Sequence record: MW272540.1
Reading direction: 5' to 3' (one strand)
Length of the DNA: 64,000 bases
The notes under the pieces were generated by a model. It was not told the origin of the DNA. It made no database searches and saw only the letters and a list, made by a program, of their open reading frames with translations. Each line of letters opens with the position of its first letter. Position 1 is the first letter of the stretch. A program made the translations under genes and the position numbers. Positions 26,208-36,125 of this stretch are shown here, one piece after another.

Positions 26208-27317
26208 TTAGCCGAAAAGTTCTTCTACTTCGTCGAATACTTCTTGGGATACCTCAACCGATTTGAGTTTATACAATTCAGTACAAGCACGTTTAAATGG
26301 TTCGTGTGCAAACAGAGGTTTCCAGAACTCAAGAGAATTTGTTTCCACCTCAGTCCATTTCGGTTCATCTTCAGAGATGATACTAAGTTCCCCGGTTTCT
26401 TCGTCCAATAGGTATCTCTGGAAGCGGGCATTTTGTGGTTTATCAACAAACCCAAGGTCCAGCGCCAGTTCCAACATACCAGAGTATGTATTAATACCAC
26501 CTTCGAACGTAACTTGCAAGGGGAGCTTCGATTTTTCCTTGATATAACGACTCTTCTCGGCGTTCATGATGAAATTATAACCAAGAAGCTCTTTACCATC
26601 TTTCTCTTGTTGTTTACCAAGAATAATAACGGTATCAGCTGAATACATCGGACCAGTACCACCAGACATAACAGTTTTACTGAACATCTCTTGTGTTTCA
26701 TAGGTGTGGTTTACGGCAATACATGGAATATCGAGCACAGTCAGATATGGAGTAACCATACGGAAAAGACTCTTGATCTGTTTTGCTCGGGTCATATCTT
26801 GTGCAGATTTTTCTGATTTTGCATCTTCTAGTTCTTTCTTGGATGCGACGTTACCAATGGAATCAATAAAGATAATTACTTTATCGCCACGATTGATAGC
26901 TTCCAGCTTTTTAACAATGTCGAACTTAAGTTCTTCCACGTCAACAAACGGACAATGGACAACTCGGTTAATATCAACCCCCTGAGAGGTAAAATAGTCC
27001 GGGGTAGAACCAAACTCGTTATCGAAGAACAGACAAACCGCGTCTTTATACTTACGAAGATATGCAGATACCAACACCAAACTGAGATTTGATTTAAAGT
27101 GTTTCGATGGACCAGCAATACAGGTTAAACCGGGTTTTAGACCGCCGTCAAGATAACCAGACAACATCAGGTTAATAATGGGAACCCGAGTTCGAATCAC
27201 ATCTTTATCATTAAAGAATGTACTCTCTTTTAACATAGAACTCATTTTGTTAGATGAAGTTCCTACAAGACGTTCCAGAAGTGCACCAGTATTAGCAGTT
27301 TTTGCTTTTTTTGCCAT
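26208..27317 (-). CDS. uvsX: RecA-like recombinase
   Basis: AGPSKHFKS, DNEFG, IDSIGN, AVNHTY and MSGGTG. Confidence 0.97.
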   Translation of the reverse strand: MAKKAKTANTGALLERLVGTSSNKMSSMLKESTFFNDKDVIRTRVPIINLMLSGYLDGGLKPGLTCIAGPSKHFKSNLSLVLVSAYLRKYKDAVCLFFDNEFGSTPDYFTSQGVDINRVVHCPFVDVEELKFDIVKKLEAINRGDKVIIFIDSIGNVASKKELEDAKSEKSAQDMTRAKQIKSLFRMVTPYLTVLDIPCIAVNHTYETQEMFSKTVMSGGTGPMYSADTVIILGKQQEKDGKELLGYNFIMNAEKSRYIKEKSKLPLQVTFEGGINTYSGMLELALDLGFVDKPQNARFQRYLLDEETGELSIISEDEPKWTEVETNSLEFWKPLFAHEPFKRACTELYKLKSVEVSQEVFDEVEELFG

Positions 27318-27385
27318 TTTATTTTTCCTTTAAGTTATCTTATGTGGGTATTATATCATTTTTACAATACCCACTTAATTTTGAA

Positions 27386-28558
27386 TTAGAAGTCGAACAA
27401 GTCTTCAAGAGAAGTAGTTTTTTCTTGAGTCCAACAAACAGCGTCACAAATAGCCTGTAACGGTTTTTGGAAGTGCTTGCAATACATCCCTACGAAATCA
27501 ATATCCTTTTCTGGAATTATCCCAAAATCTTCAGGAATTTTATCACCAGAAGGCCACGCGATTGTTTCGATGTGGAATTTATTAGGAACCTTCAACATCG
27601 CATACTGGATTTTTTCACCAGAACGGATCGGGTCCACATAACTTCCTTTTTCTGTCAGGTCATGGCAAATCTTGTTGTAGTTGATCGCAGCTCTAACGTG
27701 ACCGGGACAACCACTAACAGGAGTAAAGTTTTCATGATTCTTTTCGATGTTATTGGCACTACTTACTTGTGCAATACGTCTATAATCCTGCTTACTGTAC
27801 TCGTCACGGACTTTCTCAACATGGTTGTGTAGGTCGGTCTCGGTCTGTGTCAGGATGATGTCTATGGCGGTTTCAAGCTGTTCTGACGCGAATGGTGGTG
27901 TGCTACTACGTCTAGTTTCGATACCCATGATCTTGAGCTTAGGAACCACATTACCATGTTCGTCAATTTTTCTCTTACCTTCGTTATCCCAAACAGAAAG
28001 AGCATATCGCTTTTTCTTAGTCCAGAATCCACGAGTTGCGATTACTTCTCGGTCCATAAACAGTTTATGATCGAAATAGTTCATATAGTCTTTCAATTCT
28101 CTATATGACGCATCAATATAAGGTTCTACTTTTTCTTTTGCGAAACGATCTAGCAAATCAACCCATTCAATAACTGGAACATCACCGATTTCAACCCCAC
28201 GCTTTTTAGCTAGAAGTTTTACAATCCCATCGGCTCGAACATATTGTGAGTCAGTATCACAATATACAACATAATCGATTCCACTTGTCCCACACAACTT
28301 ATTGAAATACTCATTGGTCTTTCTGGAAATCCATTTAATTGCAAGTTGTCCACCCATGGTAATAGATTCCGCCATTCTGAGGTCATAATATCTACCTACC
28401 GGGTGACCCAAAGAACCATAAAGTGAGTTAATCAATACCTTTTTTGCTTGTTGGGTGACGTTACACACCTTTTCGTATTTTCTACAATCTGAAATGAGCT
28501 GCTTTAGCTCATCATCAGACATATTATGAAGTTGTTCATCAGTATAATCTAGATTCAT
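27386..28558 (-). CDS. 43B: DNA polymerase, C-terminal subunit (gp43B)
   Basis: KVLINSLYG (motif B), YCDTDS (motif C), KKRYAL, GIETRRSSTP. Confidence 0.95.
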   Translation of the reverse strand: MNLDYTDEQLHNMSDDELKQLISDCRKYEKVCNVTQQAKKVLINSLYGSLGHPVGRYYDLRMAESITMGGQLAIKWISRKTNEYFNKLCGTSGIDYVVYCDTDSQYVRADGIVKLLAKKRGVEIGDVPVIEWVDLLDRFAKEKVEPYIDASYRELKDYMNYFDHKLFMDREVIATRGFWTKKKRYALSVWDNEGKRKIDEHGNVVPKLKIMGIETRRSSTPPFASEQLETAIDIILTQTETDLHNHVEKVRDEYSKQDYRRIAQVSSANNIEKNHENFTPVSGCPGHVRAAINYNKICHDLTEKGSYVDPIRSGEKIQYAMLKVPNKFHIETIAWPSGDKIPEDFGIIPEKDIDFVGMYCKHFQKPLQAICDAVCWTQEKTTSLEDLFDF

Positions 28559-28827
28559 CGACGCGCACTCACTTCTATATCGTTAATAATAAAATCCATA
28601 CTATTACAATCCATATCATAATAAGGATTTGAACCATTCTCGATAATGGTATTTTTTCTGTGATTTAGAAAATCTTTCATCCGTTGGATTGTTGCTTGGC
28701 TAACAGGCTGAAATAAAAACATCGCTTTGAATTCTTCTAAATCATATTTTTTATCCGTGTCGTTCTGCAAGGATACGTGCGGCTCGTGTAGCAAGTGCAT
28801 CAGCTTTAAACTCCTCTTTTTTGGCAT
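28555..28827 (-). CDS. small ORF in the 43A/43B intercistronic region; start uncertain (ATG 28722 would give 55 aa)
   Basis: Open frame ending in an ATGA overlap with the 43B start; its 5' part overlaps the end of 43A. Confidence 0.4.
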   Translation of the reverse strand: MPKKRSLKLMHLLHEPHVSLQNDTDKKYDLEEFKAMFLFQPVSQATIQRMKDFLNHRKNTIIENGSNPYYDMDCNSMDFIINDIEVSARR

Positions 28828-30268
28828 CTTTACGTTGCAAGAATACTTTTTCTACTTCAATCGGAAGAAAACCGCGCTTCGCGTTGTCGTATCGAACACC
28901 GTTTGCTGCAACAGAATATTTTCCTTCGTGTGGTACTTCATATTGTTTGGTAACTAAACCCATACCCTCAATATCTGGAACCATACGGTCTTTAACTAGA
29001 ATTTTTGGGAAATCTAATTGGTCAACCAAAGTCTCAGGAGAAATATTCTCAGACATGATGATGTGTGGATACAGAGAAGTTAAGTCAAAAGACAACAACC
29101 ACTCATACAAGCCGGGTTTTGGTTCTTTAACAAACGCACCCGCAAACTTAGACCGTTGGGCATGTTTGTTTTCTGGAATAATTACGTGTTCTGCCAACAG
29201 GCTATTATAAATAATAGCGTCCCATGTTTTTAGTGGGCTGAATACGTCAGGTGCGTTTATTCCCGCATAATACGAAACTGATGCAATCAGGAAGATCAAA
29301 CTTAGCCGTTCTTCCAACTTCTTGATAATTTCAACGTCTCGGATCGCATAGTCAATATAAGTTTGTGGGTCTTTCGTGGCAAACATCAAATATGTTTTAT
29401 ATGGCATTTCCACTTTATTAATACCCAGCTCACATTCCGCGATTGTATCCAACTTATAGTTTGGTCTGGTTGTGAATGTAAATTTCTTATATGCAGCCAT
29501 GAAATCAACACAGTTAACACCCTGAATGACATAAGTAACCACATCATCATCGTTGTCGTCTTTTGATATAACCTGTGTGGTCTCTCCAAACGGTGAAAGT
29601 TTATGGATAAATCTCTCACCAAGCACCTTTTTAATACGACCAATCACATAAGGAATATCAAAGAATTCACTATTCCAACCGCTTAGATAATGCGGTGTGT
29701 TGGTAACAAAAAATTGCAAGAACTTAACCAAAACGTCTTTTTCGGATTCACACTTGATATATTCAACGTCATGTAGAACTTTACCATCAATGATTGATTT
29801 TTCTACATCCCATTCGCGAGTTGTCCAGATATAGTATTTCTTTTTCTTTGTACTATAGATCTGAATTGTATCAATTTCATATTCATGTTCTATTGCATGT
29901 GGGAAAGGTCCATCGGTTGGGACCTCGATATCCAAAAACATGATATCAAGCATAGTGTAATCATAAACAGAATTAGCCCCATAAGTATCAGAAATATACT
30001 GGAATGTATAATTGTCCATTCCCAATACTTCTTTACCCATAGACTGCATCTCTTTAAACCATTTTCTAGCTTCTCCAATAGAATCTAGTGATTTGGGAAG
30101 ACACCGACGACCATAGATGTCTCGATATGGAGTTTCAATGTGATCACCAACGTGGCGATATAGGGTTGGAGCGAACCTAACTTTACGAATCTGGTCTTGT
30201 CCAGCATCGTTAAAATATCGGTCATAGATGGTGTTTCCATCCATCCAAACGCTTGTATAAAAATTCAT
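28751..30268 (-). CDS. 43A: DNA polymerase, N-terminal subunit (gp43A)
   Basis: Exonuclease motifs LDIEV, GWNSEFFD and YAIRD; polymerase motif A SFDLTSLYP; start MNFYT after AGGAG. Confidence 0.95.
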   Translation of the reverse strand: MNFYTSVWMDGNTIYDRYFNDAGQDQIRKVRFAPTLYRHVGDHIETPYRDIYGRRCLPKSLDSIGEARKWFKEMQSMGKEVLGMDNYTFQYISDTYGANSVYDYTMLDIMFLDIEVPTDGPFPHAIEHEYEIDTIQIYSTKKKKYYIWTTREWDVEKSIIDGKVLHDVEYIKCESEKDVLVKFLQFFVTNTPHYLSGWNSEFFDIPYVIGRIKKVLGERFIHKLSPFGETTQVISKDDNDDDVVTYVIQGVNCVDFMAAYKKFTFTTRPNYKLDTIAECELGINKVEMPYKTYLMFATKDPQTYIDYAIRDVEIIKKLEERLSLIFLIASVSYYAGINAPDVFSPLKTWDAIIYNSLLAEHVIIPENKHAQRSKFAGAFVKEPKPGLYEWLLSFDLTSLYPHIIMSENISPETLVDQLDFPKILVKDRMVPDIEGMGLVTKQYEVPHEGKYSVAANGVRYDNAKRGFLPIEVEKVFLQRKDAKKEEFKADALATRAARILAERHG

Positions 30269-30286
30269 CTTATCTCCTGATAAAAA

Positions 30287-30309
30287 TTGAGGATCCGATG
30301 GATCCTCAA
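30287..30309 (-). promoter_or_regulatory. hairpin just 5' of the 43A SD (candidate gp43 translational operator or terminator)
   Basis: TTGAGGATCC-ATC-GGATCCTCAA, then TTTTTATC-AGGAG-ATAAG-ATG. Confidence 0.65.
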
Positions 30310-30336
30310 AAAATGATAACACGTCTAACCAATCTA

Positions 30337-30702
30337 CTAGATATTTTTATTGAAGATGTATTTACTCTTCAATGTCCAATATTGACGGTCTTTGTGTGGA
30401 ATGACATGGAACTCATAACGCTTCGGCGGTTCGATCAAGTCTATAACAGTACACAGACCCCATGACTCAAGAAGGGAAACGATGTCATCTCTACGGTCTA
30501 TGTCTTCTTGTGAAATAACTACGTCTCTACCATCCCGGCGTAACAGTTCTTTGAAGTGGGCAATATAATAAAAGCCATTTTTCTGAATGATGTGGCAACT
30601 CTGCCACATATGTTTCGTTTCTCGATTTGCGATACCAATCCGGGTCAAAGTTTCACGGATCATCAAAAAGTCTTCAGTTTCTTCAATACCAATTCTAATC
30701 AT
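30337..30702 (-). CDS. regA: translational repressor
   Basis: FLMIRETLTRIGIAN, QSCHIIQK, YIAHFKELL. Confidence 0.96.
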   Translation of the reverse strand: MIRIGIEETEDFLMIRETLTRIGIANRETKHMWQSCHIIQKNGFYYIAHFKELLRRDGRDVVISQEDIDRRDDIVSLLESWGLCTVIDLIEPPKRYEFHVIPHKDRQYWTLKSKYIFNKNI

Positions 30703-30708
30703 ATAATT

Positions 30709-31293
30709 TTACCATTTAGATGCGACTTTGTAAAGCCGTGCTTTTTCTGATTTATTAGGAAGGAAGCTAAGAAATTCACAGTCTGGTGAATTTATCATAC
30801 ACTTCATTTCTTTTTTAACTTGGTTAAGTTCTTTTTCGTCATGCAGCTCTATAAATTCAGAGGCTTTCTTGTCGGATACGTTATAATGGCGAGCCAATAC
30901 TTTTACAATCAATTGATGGTCGTAATCACATTCCTGATTAATAGGCTTAACGAAAGGTAATTTGCATTTTGTAATTGTATGATACAAATAATCATAATGC
31001 ATTTGATCGGTTATATTACCAGCCCACATATTCAACTCAGAAGCGTATCCATTCATAGTTGGGTGATATGACAAAGCCCTATTAATGCTATATTGGTCGT
31101 AACTGGAAAATTCAAGGACGTTTTTATATCCAGTTTTCTCAGTTACATTTTTGATTATTTTATATAGGGCTTTTTCTTCGTCTTCCTTGAATTCTTTGCT
31201 AAGTTCTTTAACGCGAGCCCAATCTTTTGCATCCCAAGCTAGACGATGTTCATTTGGGGTTTCTAAACCTAGAAATTCAAGACTCATTTCCAA
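30709..31293 (-). CDS. 62: clamp loader small subunit
   Basis: Position between 44 and regA; QYSINRALS, ELN, QMHYDYL. Confidence 0.88.
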   Translation of the reverse strand: MEMSLEFLGLETPNEHRLAWDAKDWARVKELSKEFKEDEEKALYKIIKNVTEKTGYKNVLEFSSYDQYSINRALSYHPTMNGYASELNMWAGNITDQMHYDYLYHTITKCKLPFVKPINQECDYDHQLIVKVLARHYNVSDKKASEFIELHDEKELNQVKKEMKCMINSPDCEFLSFLPNKSEKARLYKVASKW

Positions 31294-32264
31294 TTAACCT
31301 CACATGCCAGATCAGAAAGCATATCCATCATATGGATTTCCAAATTCGGGACCTCATTAACATATTTCTGGTTTTCTGCAAGGATCTTGATCATCATTCG
31401 ATAAGATTGACCGTGTACAAGGGGCTGTGCCCGTTCATAAAACGCATTAATAAAGGATGAATAATCAGAACATAGATTCGGGACCATCATACGAATTTCA
31501 ACCAGTTTCTTGGCTTTGATAAGCTCGAATAAGTGTTCCATTTCACGAGTGGACCGCATAGAGGAAGATAGAACACCCTCATCGATATAGCCACACGAGC
31601 CATATTTGTCCATCTCAGTGATCACACTGCGAATATTCGGGAAGTTCTTTTTAACAAGGGTAGCAATCGCTCGCTTGTCTTTAACTTCAATACCTTCAGC
31701 CTCACAAATCGCCAAACAACGAACGATAGCTTCTTTCATCATCCGAGCTTCGTCGGCTTTAGCCAACTCCGGTGTATCTTCTACAATTACCCCAAATTCA
31801 AATACCCGGAAACGAGATTTAACAGCGGAAGGAATAACTTCGGCGTTGTTACAAGTCATAATGATAGAACAGTTATCACCGTATGCTTCCATCCAACTAC
31901 GCAACTCTTCATGAACAGCTCGCATATTTTGGTTATCACCTTCGTCAATAATAATAACCTTACCACCTTTTTTACGAGTCGCAGTATTCGCAAAATCGGT
32001 CATGCTGGTTCTTAGGTCATTAATACGAAGTTGTCCACCAGTAATAAACATCATTTCCGCATCTACATCATTAGCTAGAGCCATAGCGGTTGTTGTTTTG
32101 CCTGTACCCGGAGACTTTGAACAAAGCAACATGTGGGGGATCTTGCCTTTTTTGATGATCCCGTTAAATCGTTCGATATCATGGCGAGGGAGGATACATT
32201 CTGAAATGGATTGTGGACGGTATTTCATTTCAATCATGTGGTGGGTATTATCAATAGACAACAT
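31284..32264 (-). CDS. 44: clamp loader large subunit
   Basis: KYRPQSISECIL, SPGTGKTT, IIDEGD, SRF. Confidence 0.96.
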   Translation of the reverse strand: MLSIDNTHHMIEMKYRPQSISECILPRHDIERFNGIIKKGKIPHMLLCSKSPGTGKTTTAMALANDVDAEMMFITGGQLRINDLRTSMTDFANTATRKKGGKVIIIDEGDNQNMRAVHEELRSWMEAYGDNCSIIMTCNNAEVIPSAVKSRFRVFEFGVIVEDTPELAKADEARMMKEAIVRCLAICEAEGIEVKDKRAIATLVKKNFPNIRSVITEMDKYGSCGYIDEGVLSSSMRSTREMEHLFELIKAKKLVEIRMMVPNLCSDYSSFINAFYERAQPLVHGQSYRMMIKILAENQKYVNEVPNLEIHMMDMLSDLACEVNWK

Positions 32265-32291
32265 ATTTTATATTCCTCAAAAATTCTTTTA

Positions 32292-32603
32292 TTATTTCAT
32301 GTTAGAAAAATATTCATCTCTATTGTCTATTATATCTTGTGATAACGGACAATTTGAATATTCTTCGTCAAAATCTACATAACCAGACCATTTTCCGTTT
32401 ATGTATAAACAGTATTCCACAACCGGAGCACACCATGTTATATCAATAAGAGATTCATCAACATCAATTCTATTTGATATCAATTTCCTCACCCTATCGA
32501 TATTATGTTTTGGTTCTGGTCCTGCATAATCCCAATGATAATCATCACAATCCCCATTACTTTCGTAATGGGAATCGATTTCTTCCAAAGTTAATTTAGA
32601 CAT
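32292..32603 (-). CDS. hypothetical acidic protein between 45 and 44
   Basis: Start MSKLT is coupled to the 45 stop (TAATG). Confidence 0.65.
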   Translation of the reverse strand: MSKLTLEEIDSHYESNGDCDDYHWDYAGPEPKHNIDRVRKLISNRIDVDESLIDITWCAPVVEYCLYINGKWSGYVDFDEEYSNCPLSQDIIDNRDEYFSNMK

Positions 32604-33295
32604 TAGGAAATGGTAGATGCTTTGTTCATAGAAATCACATAAGTGACTTTTGGACACTTGAATTGTGCAGCACCTTGAATACAAGACACTTCAGTATCAC
32701 CATCAAGATATGCCAAGTGTTTCATATCAAAACGCATATCAAAATCACCAGAATATTGAGTATCACCGATCACAATATCAAACTGATTGCTCTCTTGGTC
32801 AGATACACCACCGGATTTATCAACGTAGAACAAACGAGCGACGATCTTACCGTCTTCTTTGATGAACTTGAGCATATTCAGCTTAAGCGTCGAACTCATT
32901 GCCTGAAGGCGGGATACGTCGTCTGAGTTCAGATTAAAAGATACTTTCGCCGGAGGAAATACGATTGGCTTTTTCGGATATACAATCTTGCTTTCCGGGC
33001 TCATGATCAGAGTTGCTTTAGCACCAGACTCATGTTTAAGATTCAGTTTCAGATCTTCATCACCTTCTGCAACGGACATTTCGACTTCACCTTTGAAGTT
33101 GTTCAAAACCCCTAGCATTTGATCCATCGCATACAGACAAATTTTTTCTTCAAATACATCTTCAACAATTGCCTCTGCATAGATATTACCGTCAGCGGTT
33201 CGGGTATTGATATAATTACCCGGCATGATTCGAATGGATGGGTTAATAGAAGAAAACAGCTTCAGGATATCGATAGTGGACTTATTAATTTTCAT
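32603..33295 (-). CDS. 45: sliding clamp
   Basis: MKINKSTIDILKLFSSINPSI, YAEA, IVYPKKPIVFP. Confidence 0.95.
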   Translation of the reverse strand: MKINKSTIDILKLFSSINPSIRIMPGNYINTRTADGNIYAEAIVEDVFEEKICLYAMDQMLGVLNNFKGEVEMSVAEGDEDLKLNLKHESGAKATLIMSPESKIVYPKKPIVFPPAKVSFNLNSDDVSRLQAMSSTLKLNMLKFIKEDGKIVARLFYVDKSGGVSDQESNQFDIVIGDTQYSGDFDMRFDMKHLAYLDGDTEVSCIQGAAQFKCPKVTYVISMNKASTIS

Positions 33296-33319
33296 TTACA
33301 ACATTACCTTTTAGTCAGA

Positions 33320-33511
33320 TTAGAATTTTTGAAATGCTTCCCAATACTCATGGGTTCCATTTAGTATTTTTGACAACTCCAGCGGTTCGAAACGGTCTTG
33401 TAATACTTCCATAGTTACAACCATTTCAATGGGGTTATCGGATACTTTATTTGTTAGGACCCAGAGGTTTTGAGCCTCTGGGTAAACTTCGTGTAGATTA
33501 TCAAACATCAA
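33320..33511 (-). CDS. 45.2: gp45.2-like protein
   Basis: FDNLHEVYPE..NLW at the expected position downstream of 46. Confidence 0.7.
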   Translation of the reverse strand: MMFDNLHEVYPEAQNLWVLTNKVSDNPIEMVVTMEVLQDRFEPLELSKILNGTHEYWEAFQKF

Positions 33512-35850
33512 TCTCTTTCCATTACTGTGAAACGACCTTTCTTAGTCATTTTAATATGACTTGTGAAGCTATCGTCCCTATTTTCGACTCGGTGAGAAAT
33601 GATGAAGGTATTACCACCAATTTCAGCAAGAAGTCTATTCACAGCATATACACCCTCAGAATCCATACCACCATCGAAAATCTCATCGAGAATTAACATG
33701 GAAATCTTAGTACCGGAAACTATAGATGCGATATAACGCCATGTGAAAAGAAGTGCAATATTAATTCGTGCCTTTTCACCTTGAGAGAAGGACATATAAC
33801 TAAATTCTTCTCTACCCCTTGATTTAATGGATTCTTCAAACGAATCATCGAGAGAGAATACATAATCCGCACCAGTAATAGAGAGATATTCATTAATTTT
33901 CTTGTTGAAAAGTGGAATATATTTCTTAACGATATTGGCTTTAATACCGTCGTCCTTCAACATATCTTTAATTATACCACGGCAATACTTTTCGTTGAAC
34001 AATTCTTCTCGATCTTTGCCTTTAGAAATAAGCAACTCCGAAACCTCGGTCAGTCTTTCCGAGACAAATTGCTTCTCTTTAAGCTTGTCAACTTCGAGCT
34101 TCATAGATTTCGCAATTTCTGCGTTATCTTTTGCACTATTTTCAAGATTTTGTATTGTCTGTTCCAGATTATACTTGGTTTTATTGAAAGAATCAACTAA
34201 TTCTACATATTCTTTCTTTGCAACTTCGATTTCCTTATCTAGATCTAACTCAATACGGTCTAGTTTCATTTGGCTATCATTAAGATCCCGTTCCTTGCTA
34301 AGAAGTGAACTAGCCTTTTCGGTTTCCAAAGAAATAACCTTGCGTTGGGTTTCCCCTGAAATAGATTCCAAGCGGGTTTTCGCTTGTGTAATTTTGGTTT
34401 GAAGCTCGATAGTCTCTTGGGATGCTTTCATATTAGCATCAGAGATTTCATCCAATTTAGACTTTTCAAATTGAGATTTCTTCTCGTTATATTCTTTTTC
34501 CAAACTCTGATACAACTCAACAGACTTCTTCGCTTCTGTGAATTTATCATCTCGGGTTTTTTCCAGATCGATTTTCTTAGACTCATATTCAGCCAGCTGT
34601 TTTTTCGCCGCTTCTAATTGAGACTTAGTTTCTTCGATGTGTGGGTGACCCTCTGATACATTCGCCTGACATGTAGGACAAACACCATCAGCAAAATTGG
34701 AAAGAATTGAAGTCTTCTCACGGATGATGTATTTTTTCTCTGCTATATCACCATCTAATTTTGAAATTTGTTGGTTGATCTCGGTTGGGTCAAAGTGAAT
34801 CCGATTATCTTCTGGTGGAAGTTCTTCAAACACACGACTTTCGATTTTAGAAATCAATTCATCAAGTTCTGATTTTACGTTCTGGTACTTGGATTCGAGA
34901 TCTTTAATTTCTGAAATATACGAAGATTCGTCAACTACCTCATTTTTAGCAGCATCAATCCGTTGGTCGAAATCTTTATTGATTTCTTCTATTTCACTAG
35001 ACAGTCTAATAATACGGGCTTGTAGATCAATTTTACCCACGGAATATTTTTGTTGAATATTACTAACAATAGATTCAACAACACTCTCATCTGGTTTATT
35101 TTTCAGATGAGTTTCCAGTTCGGTTTGTTTTGATTCGATTTCATCCTTATAACCTTTTACTTTAGCTACGATATTTCGGATCTGGTTACTTTGGGATTCA
35201 ATCATTTCGTCATTCTGACGCTTTTGGTCTTCGAGGGAACGTAGAATCGTGTTTCTTTCGTTCTCAATACCATTAACCTCAACATCCAGAAGGTCCATCT
35301 TGGTGTTAAGCTGCTTCAGAGCCGCTTGGTTGAGTTTGTTCATATCACCCAATACAGACAGTTGAAGAAGGTCTTCAACCATTGTACGACGGCTTTCAGG
35401 CTTCAATTCCATGAAGGGGGTATACCCAGCAGTACCAAGAACGATAAGTTGCTTAAACGACTCATGAGATACGTTTAGTACGTCTTCTTCTAGGATACGT
35501 TGATATTCGGTGGCAGAAGCGGCTTCGGCAATTGGTTCACCGTCAACGGTAACCTTAAAGATGTTAGGTTTGATTCCTCGTTCGATATGAACGACTCGAC
35601 CATCAATCGTAACCTCACCTTGTACATGAAGGGCTTTCTTGTTAATGGTATTAACAAGCTGTTCCTTTTTCAATTTCCGATAGGGTTTACCATAAAGGAG
35701 AAATGAAATAGCTTCAATCATAGTGGATTTACCGGCTCCATTACTCCCAGTGATAAGAGTCTTTGTGCTTTCATCCAACTGTACGCGAATTGGTGCAGCA
35801 CCAACAGACAGGATATTTTTGTATTCGATCCAATTAAATATAATATTCAT
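33508..35850 (-). CDS. 46: recombination endonuclease ATPase subunit (Rad50/SbcC-like)
   Basis: GSNGAGKST, CPTC hook, FSQGEK, LILDE. Confidence 0.95.
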   Translation of the reverse strand: MNIIFNWIEYKNILSVGAAPIRVQLDESTKTLITGSNGAGKSTMIEAISFLLYGKPYRKLKKEQLVNTINKKALHVQGEVTIDGRVVHIERGIKPNIFKVTVDGEPIAEAASATEYQRILEEDVLNVSHESFKQLIVLGTAGYTPFMELKPESRRTMVEDLLQLSVLGDMNKLNQAALKQLNTKMDLLDVEVNGIENERNTILRSLEDQKRQNDEMIESQSNQIRNIVAKVKGYKDEIESKQTELETHLKNKPDESVVESIVSNIQQKYSVGKIDLQARIIRLSSEIEEINKDFDQRIDAAKNEVVDESSYISEIKDLESKYQNVKSELDELISKIESRVFEELPPEDNRIHFDPTEINQQISKLDGDIAEKKYIIREKTSILSNFADGVCPTCQANVSEGHPHIEETKSQLEAAKKQLAEYESKKIDLEKTRDDKFTEAKKSVELYQSLEKEYNEKKSQFEKSKLDEISDANMKASQETIELQTKITQAKTRLESISGETQRKVISLETEKASSLLSKERDLNDSQMKLDRIELDLDKEIEVAKKEYVELVDSFNKTKYNLEQTIQNLENSAKDNAEIAKSMKLEVDKLKEKQFVSERLTEVSELLISKGKDREELFNEKYCRGIIKDMLKDDGIKANIVKKYIPLFNKKINEYLSITGADYVFSLDDSFEESIKSRGREEFSYMSFSQGEKARINIALLFTWRYIASIVSGTKISMLILDEIFDGGMDSEGVYAVNRLLAEIGGNTFIISHRVENRDDSFTSHIKMTKKGRFTVMERD

Positions 35851-36125
35851 TATTTTGTCATCTCTTCTAATTCATCACTCATATTAACAATAGAATCAAC
35901 CACGTATTTATAAAATACATAATCATTCAGATCAGGATACATTACCAATGGAAATTCTTTGTTTATTTTATATCCACGACGATTTACCTCACAAAAAACA
36001 CAAACGCGAATTGTGTATGGGGATTTGTCAATGTCTTTAATTTTTAATGTGTAATCATGATAAAAAGGAATTTTATTATCTACCATTTTACACAACTTCA
36101 CAAAATCAATATCTTCGATCTTCAT
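35850..36125 (-). CDS. hypothetical protein
   Basis: 91-aa ORF coupled at both ends. Confidence 0.65.
   Translation of the reverse strand: MKIEDIDFVKLCKMVDNKIPFYHDYTLKIKDIDKSPYTIRVCVFCEVNRRGYKINKEFPLVMYPDLNDYVFYKYVVDSIVNMSDELEEMTK

Noticed and set aside
27344-27374. 9-bp inverted repeat flanking the uvsX -10 (TGATATAAT)
   Set aside because: Could be a weak terminator for 43B or an operator, but there is no second copy or U-tract to support a call.
33902-34402. 166-aa + strand Ser/Leu-rich ORF
   Set aside because: Antisense to the gp46 coiled coil; compositional artefact.
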